A DNA stretch of 63,896 bases, filler included, from Bradymonadales bacterium (lineage in GTDB: Bacteria > Bdellovibrionota > UBA2394): NCBI GenBank assembly GCA_007693605.1. It is 5 parts of 4 records of this genome, joined end to end, with 100 filler letters (N's around TTAATTAATTAA, not from the genome) between each part and the next. Parts side by side here need not be neighbours in the genome. Positions count along the whole stretch, not along the records: positions 1 to 27,991 come from REDG01000067.1; 4 more parts are not named here. One strand, written 5' to 3'. The position numbers and the translations under genes were made by a program. Every line of letters starts with the position of its first letter. Position 1 is the first letter of the stretch. The notes beneath the pieces are model-generated. The model did not search any database. It was not told the origin of the DNA and was given only the letters and a program-made list of their open reading frames with translations. Below are positions 1 to 9,638 of this stretch, piece after piece.

Positions 1-74
1 GCGACCGTAGCTCAGCTGGATAGAGCATCTGGCTTCGAACCAGAGGGTCGGGAGTTCGAATCTCTCCGGTCGCG
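1..74 (+). tRNA. tRNA-Arg, anticodon TCG (CCA not encoded)
   Basis: Acceptor stem GCGACCG/CGGTCGC, D-arm TAGCTCAGCTGGATAGAGC, anticodon arm TCTGG-CTTCGAA-CCAGA, T-arm GGGAG-TTCGAAT-CTCTC. Confidence 0.95.
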
Positions 75-85
75 AGTTTCTCAGC

Positions 86-772
86 TCAGCCGATGGATGA
101 GGTTTGGACCACTAGTACAGGCGATGTGCTTTTCGAGCAGACACAGACCAGGGGGAAATTGGGGGGAGTCAAAAAAGTCCAATGGTACTCGCCCCTCTGA
201 AAGTCGCTTTTTGTTGCATCCGAACAGAGCTCTTCGATGGGAAGACAATCATTCACTTCAGGACTCAAGAGCGAAAGTCCGGAGGCTTTCACGAAGGCTT
301 CTCGAGCAGTCCACAGTCTGTAAAAAAAACTGAGAGCCTTTGTGGTGTCATCTTTTTCTAGGCTCACAAACTTTTCAGCGATTTCTTTTGAAAAAACTCG
401 ACCTAGAATCTTCTCGTGGGGCCGATCGAAAGTCTCGACCTCAATGTCGACTCCCACTGAGGCCTCTTCTGCCAGCACAAAGACAAAAAAGTCTTGAGAG
501 TGGCTCAAGCTGATTGAAAACTTGGGGTAATCCTTAAGCTCCAAAGCCCCTGAGGCTGTGGTCAGCACTTCTGCCCCCGACTCTGGTCGCCCTCTAAAAA
601 CTCGCTCTAGGCTTTGGCGAATAAGGCTTCGCCCCAAAATGAAACTCTGCCGCCGAGATTTCGACATCCCCTGAAGCCGCGTCCTTTCTCCTGCGCTCAA
701 AACAGACTGATCAGAATCATTGCGAATTTGCGAGGCTTCTGCAAAAAAAAGCTGGACTGCTTTTTTAGTCAT
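86..772 (-). CDS. 4'-phosphopantetheinyl transferase (Sfp-type)
   Basis: FSISLSHS, VGVDIE and WTAREAFVKASG motifs. Confidence 0.9.
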   Translation of the reverse strand: MTKKAVQLFFAEASQIRNDSDQSVLSAGERTRLQGMSKSRRQSFILGRSLIRQSLERVFRGRPESGAEVLTTASGALELKDYPKFSISLSHSQDFFVFVLAEEASVGVDIEVETFDRPHEKILGRVFSKEIAEKFVSLEKDDTTKALSFFYRLWTAREAFVKASGLSLLSPEVNDCLPIEELCSDATKSDFQRGEYHWTFLTPPNFPLVCVCSKSTSPVLVVQTSSIG

Positions 773-881
773 TGGGGGACTTTAAAGGGAGTTGACGGCG
801 CTTTCAAGTTTTGTGAGTGGAGGCTGCGAGAAACATAAGAAACAGTCTTTTCCTTCTCAGATTCTTTAAAATTGCTATAGT

Positions 882-2354
882 TTGGGCTTGGGATTTTTGA
901 AGAAAAAAAATACAAAAAAGTTGAAGTTCGCTCGGTGGGGGGTCTCGCTCGGTTTCATTGTTGCGCCTCTGCAAGCACCAGTATCGGGTCTTTCGTTGTC
1001 AGAATATCTCGAGCAGGTGGAGTCTCAAAGTCGGCAGCTCTTACAGGCCGAAGAGTCTCGTATGGCCGCGCTTGAAAGGCGTTCCGAGGCGGATCGAGTC
1101 TTTGCCCCCAGATTGGTTGCGACGGGGCGCTATTTTTATGAAAAGGAGTCCGGTCAGTCCGGCTTTCGACCCCAGGGCTCGGTGACTCGAGGCTTTGAGC
1201 AAAGTGTGGGTCTTGAAAAGAAGTGGTCCTCGGGAACTCTGACCAGATTTCGTGCGGCTTCCAGTCGAAAAAGGATGGAGGGCTTTCCCAGCTTGGACGA
1301 TCCTTTCTGGAACAACTTTGTTGAGTTGGGATTGGAACAGCCGATTTTAGGAAATCGCCTCGGTCTGCGAGATCGAGCGCTTCGCCGTCGCGGACGAGCC
1401 GTTCAAGAGGCTGAGGCTCTTCGGCAAAGCTTTCAGTCTCGGCTTTTGATGCTACAGGCAGAACAGTTGTATTGGGCCTTGGCACTTGCTCAAGAGAGGC
1501 TAGATAAAATCCGAGAATCTTTGCAAAGAACTCGTGCCATTCTCGACTGGAACAAAAGAAGGTTTGATTTGAATTTGATTGATCGAGGCGATCTTTATCA
1601 ATCAGAAGCTGCGGTTTTGCAGTTGAAACAAAACCTTGAGTCAGCCGAGCGATTGCAAAGAGATATCAGAAGGGAGTTTGAAGAGTTTAGGCGAAGCAAT
1701 GAATTTGAGTCAGAACTCGAACTCGAGACCTTGAGTCTAAAAGTGCCGGACCTGCCAACCGTCGGGGAATGGCCGCAGTTTCGCGAAGACCTTCAGGCTG
1801 TTCAGACTCTTTCGAGGGCCGCCGAAGCTGAGAAAGAAATCAGCCGTTCAGCCACCCATCCAGACCTATTCTTGTTTGGTAATTTTCGTTCGGCTTCCTT
1901 TGGATCTCGTTTCTCAGGCTCTCAATCTCAGGTCTTTGAGCTGAAGCACCCTAGTTATGAGTTCGGCCTGCAGTTTCAGTTGCCACTCGATTTTGGAAAT
2001 TTGGCAAGGCTCCGTTCTGCCGCCGATCGGGACTATTTCGTTCAGAGACAAGAAGAGGCCAGAGTAGAAGAGGGTCTTCATCGAGAGCTTGTGGGCTTGA
2101 AAGATAGACTCGACGAGCTGCTGGCCAAGTTGAAGGTCCAAGAAGATTTGATTGAGATTCAGAGAAAGAAACTCGCTCACGAAGATTCGCGGTTTCGACA
2201 GGGGCGCTCCACCAGCTTTCAGATCCTGACCTTTGAGGAGGATCTCTCAAATGCCGAGCTACAGCTTCTAGAGTTTTATGCGGATTTGAGGATGAGCCTG
2301 GCCGAACTAAGGCTGTTTTCGGAAGATTCAGGCTCGAGTTTAGCGAATTATTGA
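882..2354 (+). CDS. TolC-family outer membrane efflux protein
   Basis: Signal-like N-terminus; twice-repeated helix/beta-strand architecture; LEQPIL, FQLPLD and RFRQGRSTSFQIL segments. Confidence 0.85.
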   Translation: MGLGFLKKKNTKKLKFARWGVSLGFIVAPLQAPVSGLSLSEYLEQVESQSRQLLQAEESRMAALERRSEADRVFAPRLVATGRYFYEKESGQSGFRPQGSVTRGFEQSVGLEKKWSSGTLTRFRAASSRKRMEGFPSLDDPFWNNFVELGLEQPILGNRLGLRDRALRRRGRAVQEAEALRQSFQSRLLMLQAEQLYWALALAQERLDKIRESLQRTRAILDWNKRRFDLNLIDRGDLYQSEAAVLQLKQNLESAERLQRDIRREFEEFRRSNEFESELELETLSLKVPDLPTVGEWPQFREDLQAVQTLSRAAEAEKEISRSATHPDLFLFGNFRSASFGSRFSGSQSQVFELKHPSYEFGLQFQLPLDFGNLARLRSAADRDYFVQRQEEARVEEGLHRELVGLKDRLDELLAKLKVQEDLIEIQRKKLAHEDSRFRQGRSTSFQILTFEEDLSNAELQLLEFYADLRMSLAELRLFSEDSGSSLANY

Positions 2355-2386
2355 CCCTGTGGCGATTCTTCACCTAGGCTAGCCGT

Positions 2387-3316
2387 GTGATTGGGTTGAG
2401 GGGATGGCTGTTTAGCTTAGGCTTGGCCGTTTTTTTGGGAGCTGGTGAGCGGTCGGTATCTGGATCAAACGACAGTCTTTTATCAAGAAATTGTAGCCTC
2501 CTTCTGGCGAGAGTTCTTCCTGAGGGCCTGCGGAAATCCCCACTTCCTCCGACCCACGATCTTGGCACTTTAGTTTCAGAGGTTTATTTAGAGGGAGAGA
2601 GCTTTCCGAGACGATTGGAAGCGAGAACCGAATACGACCTTGGACTCGGGACGGTTGTACTGAAGTATGCATGGAAGAGTTCGGACCTCCAGGCTCCTTC
2701 CTACTCCTTACGGGTGATTCCAAGCTCTCAGAGGGAGAGTTTTTTCAATATCGATCTAAATTTTCCTCTCCATCCCGAAGAGCGTCGCTTGATGAATTTG
2801 CATCTTTTAGAGCAAGTTTTTGATCATCTCCATTCGCGCTTTGGTCGAGGGTATTCCTTTAGGCTTCGATTGCGGGGTTATGATGTTTTGGAAGTTCTCA
2901 AAGACACGTTTGAAAACGGTTTGGGTGAAATGTATTGGTTGCGTGACTTTCCTCGCTTGATCGAATCTCAAGATGAGCTACCAGCCAACTTTCGTTCTCT
3001 TGAGGCGAGAGTCAAAGACTCGGCCCTGTGGTTTCCGGGGGTTCGACCCGACGATTTTGCAGGGCTGCTGAGGACATTGGTTGAAAACCCCTCTTTCAAG
3101 GCAGGACTTGAAAACGGCTTGAGATCTACGAGTTGGGATCCACTTGTCGGGCAATTGATATTTTGGGACAAACGGCCTCAGATTCTAGTGATTTCAGTCA
3201 CGGCGGCCAGGGCTCCCAAGGATTCAGACGCCGCCGATGATTCAGATATTCATGGAGTCCTATTTTCTCTTTTCGTGGATTTCGAGCCCGCTTCTTATGA
3301 AGATATGCCGCTTTGA
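2387..3316 (+). CDS. hypothetical exported protein
   Basis: 309-aa ORF filling the gap between co-oriented genes; hydrophobic N-terminus; no recognised motif. Confidence 0.6.
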   Translation: MIGLRGWLFSLGLAVFLGAGERSVSGSNDSLLSRNCSLLLARVLPEGLRKSPLPPTHDLGTLVSEVYLEGESFPRRLEARTEYDLGLGTVVLKYAWKSSDLQAPSYSLRVIPSSQRESFFNIDLNFPLHPEERRLMNLHLLEQVFDHLHSRFGRGYSFRLRLRGYDVLEVLKDTFENGLGEMYWLRDFPRLIESQDELPANFRSLEARVKDSALWFPGVRPDDFAGLLRTLVENPSFKAGLENGLRSTSWDPLVGQLIFWDKRPQILVISVTAARAPKDSDAADDSDIHGVLFSLFVDFEPASYEDMPL

Positions 3317-3340
3317 CCCCGATTGCCAATTTTGTATAAG
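3313..3340 (+). promoter_or_regulatory. putative sigma70 promoter for the transketolase genes (very short leader)
   Basis: TTGACC-N16-TATAAG ending 9 nt before ATG 3350; no obvious SD. Confidence 0.4.
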
Positions 3341-3349
3341 GTTTGAGCC

Positions 3350-4171
3350 ATGACAGCTACCGCCCCTTGTATCGACCGCTCTGAAGACAAACTAAAAGAA
3401 CTCAGAATAACGATATTAGAAATGATTCATGCCGCTAAGAGCGGACATCCGGGTGGCAGTCTTTCTTGTTTGGAGATTTTAGTCAGTTTGTTTTCAGGTC
3501 TAGTTCGCTTTGATCCAAAACGACCGGATTGGCCCGATCGAGATCGAGTGATTCTATCGAAAGGTCACGGGGTGCCGGCGCTTTACGCCGTGCTTGCCGA
3601 AGTGGGCTGCCTCCCAAAAGAAGCTTTGATGACTTTGCGTCAGCTTTCTTCTCCCCTGCAGGGGCATCCTGATCGAGTTCGACTTCCTGTGGTTGAGGCG
3701 GCCACGGGTTCGCTGGGTCAGGGGCTCAGCATTGCTCAAGGTGTGGCCCTGGCTTTGAAGCTCGATTCAAAAGACTCGCGGGTATTTTGCATTTGTGGAG
3801 ATGGTGAGATTCAAGAGGGCCAAATTTGGGAGACGGCGATGAGTGCTCCGAAGTTTGGATTGACGAATTTGACCGTCATTCTCGACTACAATCACGGCCA
3901 GATTGACGGAAGATCGGATGAGATCATGAGCCTAGAGCCCTTGTTGGACAAATGGAGATCCTTCAATTGGGAATGCAGTGAGGTGGACGGCCATGATTGC
4001 GATGCCCTTCAAAGAGAGCTCTCTGCGCCTGGTAAAAGTGCGCCAAGATTTGTGCTCGCACACACGGTTAAGGGGCATGGCGTTAGCTTTATGGAGTCCG
4101 TCATCGATTGGCACGGAAAGGCGCCCAGCGATGAAGAGCTGCAAAAGGCGATTCAGGAGATTCGGGCATGA
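3350..4171 (+). CDS. transketolase, N-terminal (TPP-binding) subunit
   Basis: SGHPGGSLS, DRVILSKGH, TGSLGQG, GDGEIQEGQIWE, TVKGHG. Confidence 0.95.
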   Translation: MTATAPCIDRSEDKLKELRITILEMIHAAKSGHPGGSLSCLEILVSLFSGLVRFDPKRPDWPDRDRVILSKGHGVPALYAVLAEVGCLPKEALMTLRQLSSPLQGHPDRVRLPVVEAATGSLGQGLSIAQGVALALKLDSKDSRVFCICGDGEIQEGQIWETAMSAPKFGLTNLTVILDYNHGQIDGRSDEIMSLEPLLDKWRSFNWECSEVDGHDCDALQRELSAPGKSAPRFVLAHTVKGHGVSFMESVIDWHGKAPSDEELQKAIQEIRA

Positions 4172-5097
4172 AGGCGACACGAGATAGTTTTGGAGAAGAG
4201 ATAGCGGTTCTAGGAGAGCTTCATCCTGAAATTGTGGTGCTCGACGCAGACTTGAGTAAATCCACAAAGAGCGAGAAGTTTGCGAAGAAATTTCCGAACC
4301 GATTTTTTCAGATGGGAATTGCCGAGGCCAATATGATTGGCACGGCTGCTGGACTCGCATTGTCGGGCAAGCTCCCCTACGCCTGCAGCTTTGGCTGCTT
4401 TTTGACGGGCCGCTACGATCAAATCCGAATGTCGGTGGCCTACAATGAGGCGAGTGTTCGATTGATCGGAACTCACGCCGGGGTGGCAATCGGAGAAGAC
4501 GGGCACTCTCAGATGGGCCTTGAAGATGTGGCTCTTTTGCGATCTTTGCCCAATATGAGCATTTTTCAGCCGGCAGATGACACAGAGGCGCGAGCGATGT
4601 TGCGCTATTCGGTAAAGCATCAAGGACCCTGCTACTTTCGGCTAACTCGACAGAAGCTGCCGGATATCTTTTCGGGCGCTGATTATTCGTACGAGTACGG
4701 CAAGTGGCCTGTTTTGAATAAGGGTTCGCGCGTCGCCTTGATTGCATCGGGGGGGCTTGTGGGATCATGCCTGGAGGCGAATAAGAAACTGGGAGGAAAA
4801 TTTAGTGTGGTCAATGCTTCCACACTAAAGCCGGTCGATCGAGATCTGATTGCTCGTTTGGCACAGACGCACTCGTTGCTTGTCACGGCCGAAGATCATT
4901 ATGTCGAGGGGGGATTGGGGACCGCGGTCGCCGAGGTGCTGTCAGAAATTCCTGAGAAGGCCATTTTGAGACGAATTGGTATGAGGCGATTTGGAGAGTC
5001 TGGCTCTCCTGAGGACCTCTATCGGTTTTTTGGTTTCGACGCCGACGGCATTTGCGAACAGGTTGAGAAGTTTCAAGAGCTTGTTTCAAACTCTTGA
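4168..5097 (+). CDS. transketolase, C-terminal subunit
   Basis: DADLSKST, GIAEANM, GEDGHSQ, AEDH; ATGA overlap with the upstream subunit. Confidence 0.95.
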   Translation: MKATRDSFGEEIAVLGELHPEIVVLDADLSKSTKSEKFAKKFPNRFFQMGIAEANMIGTAAGLALSGKLPYACSFGCFLTGRYDQIRMSVAYNEASVRLIGTHAGVAIGEDGHSQMGLEDVALLRSLPNMSIFQPADDTEARAMLRYSVKHQGPCYFRLTRQKLPDIFSGADYSYEYGKWPVLNKGSRVALIASGGLVGSCLEANKKLGGKFSVVNASTLKPVDRDLIARLAQTHSLLVTAEDHYVEGGLGTAVAEVLSEIPEKAILRRIGMRRFGESGSPEDLYRFFGFDADGICEQVEKFQELVSNS

Positions 5098-5163
5098 TTA
5101 GGGAGTGACTCCGCCGACGAGAAGCAGATGGGCCTTTAGCGACACTCCCTTAATGGCGAAGTC

Positions 5164-6042
5164 TCAAAGGGAGCGATGAAAGGGCAGCAGACTTCGCAAG
5201 GCAATCAGGGCTTTGGAGCCTCTTGATAGTCGCCTGGAGTCTCCGTAACGCCAGTGTTTCTTTGCAGCGGAGCGATAGAAACTAATCATAAGTTCAGCCA
5301 CCCAAGATCGACATCGAAGATCCCGAGAATTCTTGAAGGCCGTTTGAGCCCGTTGATAGAGTTCCTCTCGAATAGGGCTAAGATCTGAGGACAAGAAATT
5401 TTCAAGGCTGATGGCGTGAGCTTTCAAGCAGTCATTGGGAACGAAAATTCGAGCCTTATCAAAGTCCTCTTCAAGATCCCGCAAGATGTTGAGAAGTTGT
5501 GCGCACTGACCCATGTTTTTGGCGTAGAGGCGACAATCGGTCTGTTTTTTTCCTAAGATACACAGAACCACTTCACCCACATCGCAGGCCACCCCCTGAA
5601 TATAGGCCTCCAGTTCAGTCCACGACTCGAACAAGCAAACCCGTTCGAGACGCTCCAGCTCTGAAAGTAGGGCGTCCAACAAGCCAGTGAGACAGCGATC
5701 CGGAATTTGAAACTCCACTCTTGCCGCACGGAGTCGATTCCAAAACGGATGGGGCCGCCCTTCTGGCTCCAAAACCCAAGATCGAAGCGCCTCGAGTCTG
5801 TTTATCCTTTCTTGAACTTCTAGCCCGTCTTGGTCGGCAAGGTCGTCGGCAATGCGACAAAAGGCATAAAAATCTTCTAAAGCTTGTCTTTTGCTTGAGT
5901 TCAAAACGAATCGGAATGCTGATTGAAAATGGCTTCGACCTCTGGAATAAGAAAGGGGGTCGAACTGAACGGCAAATGGATCGAAATTTAAAAATTCTAC
6001 TGAACTCAGTTTCACGAACTTTTGCTTTAAGCCTTCAGACAT
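5164..6042 (-). CDS. squalene/phytoene synthase family protein (HpnD/CrtB-like); start ATG 6042 or GTG 6015
   Basis: SHFQSAF, YAFCRIADDLAD, QLLNILRDLEED motifs. Confidence 0.88.
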   Translation of the reverse strand: MSEGLKQKFVKLSSVEFLNFDPFAVQFDPLSYSRGRSHFQSAFRFVLNSSKRQALEDFYAFCRIADDLADQDGLEVQERINRLEALRSWVLEPEGRPHPFWNRLRAARVEFQIPDRCLTGLLDALLSELERLERVCLFESWTELEAYIQGVACDVGEVVLCILGKKQTDCRLYAKNMGQCAQLLNILRDLEEDFDKARIFVPNDCLKAHAISLENFLSSDLSPIREELYQRAQTAFKNSRDLRCRSWVAELMISFYRSAAKKHWRYGDSRRLSRGSKALIALRSLLPFHRSL

Positions 6043-6941
6043 TGCCTGTCAAACAGAAGGACTTTGTAGGGGTTTGTTATCTTGTGGCTCGAGTGGCTGA
6101 TACGATCTCAGACTCAGGAGGCTGGCCAGCAAGCCTGAGAGCGCGGCTGCTGAAGTCTTGGCATCAGGCCATTCAGTTAGATCATCGCTTTCAGCTAAAG
6201 GAGTCTGTGGGGACCTTCTCTGAGAGGGAGGCTCGGCTCTTGTTGGATTCAGACAAGATTCTTGCTCTTTATCGAGGGCTCGCGAGCGGCGATTGGAGGG
6301 TTTTTGCCGATGAGGTCTTTGAGACGCTCTTTTCCGGAATGCAGCGCCTGGTTCAAGCTAGAGCATCTTATGATGGCTCGAAGATTGTGCAACCCCATCT
6401 GCGAGCCGATGAGTTTGATTGGTATTGCTATACGCATGCGGGTTGTGTCGGTCGATTCTGGAATCAGATTTTTGAGCTTCCGGTGGACCTCGAGCAGATG
6501 GCCATTCTTTACGGCAAGGCTCTTGAGCGAGTCAATATCTTCCGAGACTTGAAAGAAGATTGGGATCAGGGCTTGTTGCTGTTGGATCATGAGGGGATGA
6601 AAGAATTTGATCTCAATGCGAGTCGTCCCCCTTGGCTTCAGCCCGGCTGGAGAAGTTTTTCTGAATCTTATCTTTCGAAAACAAGGTCTATGCTTCTGAG
6701 CGGGGCGAACTATTGTGATAGCATCCCATACCTGAGATTTAGACTCAGATTGGCAAGTCAGATGCCTTTTCGTCTGGGCTGGCAGAGCTTGGATTTTTAT
6801 GGTCAAGATCCGGTCGGACAGGTGGATCAATCAAAAATTGACCGGCGCATCGTGAAAAGGGAGTTTCGGTCTGCAGTCTGCTCTCTTTGGAGAAAATCGA
6901 ATTTAACCCGAACTCACCAGAAGAAGAGACTTTCTGGATAA
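5976..6941 (+). CDS. squalene synthase-like (farnesyl-diphosphate farnesyltransferase type) protein
   Basis: VSRTFAL, YLVARVADTISD, YCYTHAGCVG, VNIFRDLKED; ATG 5976 chosen over the ORF-track start 5721. Confidence 0.85.
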   Translation: MDRNLKILLNSVSRTFALSLQTLPVKQKDFVGVCYLVARVADTISDSGGWPASLRARLLKSWHQAIQLDHRFQLKESVGTFSEREARLLLDSDKILALYRGLASGDWRVFADEVFETLFSGMQRLVQARASYDGSKIVQPHLRADEFDWYCYTHAGCVGRFWNQIFELPVDLEQMAILYGKALERVNIFRDLKEDWDQGLLLLDHEGMKEFDLNASRPPWLQPGWRSFSESYLSKTRSMLLSGANYCDSIPYLRFRLRLASQMPFRLGWQSLDFYGQDPVGQVDQSKIDRRIVKREFRSAVCSLWRKSNLTRTHQKKRLSG

Positions 6942-6985
6942 AAAGAAAAAGAGATAGAGAAAAGAAAGAAGATGGAGTCGAGCCT

Positions 6986-7525
6986 ATGAAGATTTACACC
7001 AAAACAGGGGATAAGGGTCAGAGTGGACTTTTCAGCGGAGAAAGACTTCCGAAGTCCTCTAGCTATTTTGAGGCCTATGGCAGCGTCGATGAATTGAATG
7101 CCTTTCTGGGATGGGCCGCATCGATTTGTTCGAGTGATGAGCTTAGAAATCTTCTGCAGCAAATTCAGAACTGCCTTCATTTGCTCTCAGCCGATCTGGC
7201 CACTCCATTAGATTCGAGTAAGAAAATTGAAAGACTTGAGAGTGCTGAGGTGGTCATTTTGGAGAAGGGCATTGATCAATTAGAAGAGGAGCTTCAACCT
7301 TTGAAGAATTTCATTTTGGCCGGGGGCACGGAGCTTGCGTCAAGACTGCATATCTGTCGTTGCGTTGCTCGCCGAGCGGAAAGAGAGGTCTGTCGTCATT
7401 CCCAGGCTGAAGAGGTGAACCCCGTAGTGATTCAATACCTGAATCGACTCTCAGACCTGTTGTTTGTGATGGCCCGTGTGGCCAATCGAAGGGGTGGAGT
7501 TGAAGATGTTCTCTGGAAGTCCTAG
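6986..7525 (+). CDS. ATP:cob(I)alamin adenosyltransferase (PduO type)
   Basis: MKIYTKTGDKG, YGSVDELNA, RRAER, YLNRLSDLLF. Confidence 0.95.
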   Translation: MKIYTKTGDKGQSGLFSGERLPKSSSYFEAYGSVDELNAFLGWAASICSSDELRNLLQQIQNCLHLLSADLATPLDSSKKIERLESAEVVILEKGIDQLEEELQPLKNFILAGGTELASRLHICRCVARRAEREVCRHSQAEEVNPVVIQYLNRLSDLLFVMARVANRRGGVEDVLWKS

Positions 7526-7562
7526 CCTCGGTTCAGCACAGAAACAATTTGTCAGACAGAGC

Positions 7563-8198
7563 CTAGCCAAACAGGCTGCCGGTCTTTAGCTTCACTTTCT
7601 TTTGAAGGCTCTCCATGCGAATGAAGGCCGAGCTGACCTGGTTAATGGTTTCGATGCCTTGCTTTTCTAGAAGCTTGATGAACTCGATTAGAACTTTTGC
7701 GGTATAACGACTATCGTCTACTGAACGGTGACGATCTCCGGTGCGCGCGATTCCGAGCCGAGCCATCATGACATCCAAATTGTGTTTGGTTTCGTAGGGG
7801 AACAAGGTTTTCGAGAGCCCGATGGTGTCAAGTACGAGCAGTTGCGAGTAAGAAATCTTTTTTCGATCAAAAGACTTCACTAAGAAACTTAAATCAAATC
7901 GAGCATTTTGCGCAACCCAGATCGAGGTGCCACAAAAGCTTCGGAACGCATCGATCACTTGGTCAATTGTCGGGGCTCCTTTGACATCGGAGCCTTTGAT
8001 TCCATGCACCTGAGTCGACGCCTCAGGAATGGGCTTTTCGGGATCGACAAAGCTTTGAAAGACCTCGTCACAGACCTGCAAACCCCTTACCCGAACGGCC
8101 CCGATCTCGATGATTTCGTCTCCGTCCTCAGCGTAAAGGCCCGTCGTTTCGGTGTCGAAAACCACATATTCCAGTTCACTTAAGCGCTTTGCTTTCAA
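7563..8198 (-). CDS. DEDDh 3'-5' exonuclease (DnaQ/PolC-exo-like)
   Basis: VVFDTETTGL, NARFD, HRSVDD. Confidence 0.92.
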   Translation of the reverse strand: MKAKRLSELEYVVFDTETTGLYAEDGDEIIEIGAVRVRGLQVCDEVFQSFVDPEKPIPEASTQVHGIKGSDVKGAPTIDQVIDAFRSFCGTSIWVAQNARFDLSFLVKSFDRKKISYSQLLVLDTIGLSKTLFPYETKHNLDVMMARLGIARTGDRHRSVDDSRYTAKVLIEFIKLLEKQGIETINQVSSAFIRMESLQKKVKLKTGSLFG

Positions 8199-8333
8199 AA
8201 TTCTCTCCCGTGCATTTCTAAAACAAAAATGCTCTTTGACTCAGACATTCTCAGCAATCTAGACTAACAGTAAACAAAAAGAATTCATGAATCTGATTCC
8301 TTTACAGACCCCCCATTCGAGCAGACTTAACTG

Positions 8334-9638
8334 ATGGACGCCTCCGTTGCAGCACACCTTGGAGCCATTCTTCTATGCTTCGTAGGCTCCTGTTTTTTCT
8401 CTGGAGCCGAGACGGCTCTCACTTCTCTGTCTCAAGTTCAGGCGGAGCGCCTTGCCAACGGAAAGAGCTGGTGGGGGCGAAGTATTCGAGTTTGGATTCG
8501 AATGCCGAATCGGCTTTTGGCGACGAACTTGTTGGGAAACACCTTGGTGAATGTGGGGGCGGCCACCGTAGCGACTTCGCTTGTTGCGAAGCACTATCCA
8601 AGCATCAGTTTGGTTGTTGTCACGAGTGTGTTGACTGTTGGAATTCTGGTTTTTGGTGAGATTGCCCCTAAAATGATCGCAAGAACCTACCCCGAGGCGA
8701 TTGCGCCGATTGTTTGTCGAGTGCTCATTGCTCTCAACTATGTTTTTTCTCCAATCACTCAAGTGATCACAAAGGGGATCGTTCTCGTCTTAAAGATCTT
8801 CGGCGTCATTTTACCGACTCGTCGCTTTGTGAGCAGTAGTGACATTGAAGCCATGGTGCTGATGGCCAATCGAGAGGGTTCGATGGAGATGGATAAGTCT
8901 AAGATCCTGTCTTCGGTCTTTGAGTTTTCGAAACGGCGGGTGAAGGACATCATGATCCCAAAGGATTCAATGTCGGCTCTATCGGTTGATGCGGGTTTAC
9001 TCGAAGCTTTGGAGTTTGTAAGGCAAGAGAATCATTCCCGCTATCCTGTCTATAAGGGCAATCTTGATCGCATTATCGGATTTCTTCATGCAAGAGATTT
9101 GTTTGGGGTGATGAAGAGTTACGGATTCAGCGATGGCCCCAAGCCCCCCATCGAGAATTTTTCTCTGCACACCTGCTTGAGAAGGGCCTTCTTTGTTTCA
9201 GAGCAGGCGATGATTTCCCATGTCCTAAATGAAATGAAGCGAAAGAGGATTCATCTGGCCATTGTCAAAGACGAGTGGGGCAATGTTGTCGGCTTGGTGA
9301 CATTAGAAGATATTTTAGAAGAAGTTTTTGGAGAGATTGAAGATGAGCACGATGAAGGGCAAGATCGACCGCTGGTTGATTTGTTTGAGGTCGGGGTTGA
9401 GGTTGAAGGGGACCTATCGTTGGTGGATCTAAAAAGTCGATTTGATATTGAGATCGACTCCTCTGACTCTTATGCGACAGTGAACGGCTTTCTTCAGCAC
9501 TACGCGAGTCACCAACAGCTCACCTCGAAGACCGTTATCATTTGGAAGAACTATGTTTTCAGTATTTTATCGGTAAGAGAGGGCGAGATCGAACGAGTTC
9601 GGATCACGCAAATTCCAGATGACGACAAAGACAGTTGA
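8334..9638 (+). CDS. HlyC/CorC (CNNM-CBS) family membrane transporter
   Basis: FFSGAETA, FGEIAPK, tandem CBS (HSRYPV), VTLEDILEEVFGEIEDEHD. Confidence 0.92.
   Translation: MDASVAAHLGAILLCFVGSCFFSGAETALTSLSQVQAERLANGKSWWGRSIRVWIRMPNRLLATNLLGNTLVNVGAATVATSLVAKHYPSISLVVVTSVLTVGILVFGEIAPKMIARTYPEAIAPIVCRVLIALNYVFSPITQVITKGIVLVLKIFGVILPTRRFVSSSDIEAMVLMANREGSMEMDKSKILSSVFEFSKRRVKDIMIPKDSMSALSVDAGLLEALEFVRQENHSRYPVYKGNLDRIIGFLHARDLFGVMKSYGFSDGPKPPIENFSLHTCLRRAFFVSEQAMISHVLNEMKRKRIHLAIVKDEWGNVVGLVTLEDILEEVFGEIEDEHDEGQDRPLVDLFEVGVEVEGDLSLVDLKSRFDIEIDSSDSYATVNGFLQHYASHQQLTSKTVIIWKNYVFSILSVREGEIERVRITQIPDDDKDS

Noticed and set aside
5721..5975. N-terminal extension of the plus-strand squalene synthase ORF
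   Set aside because: Antisense to the HpnD-like gene with no family motif; similarity starts at ATG 5976
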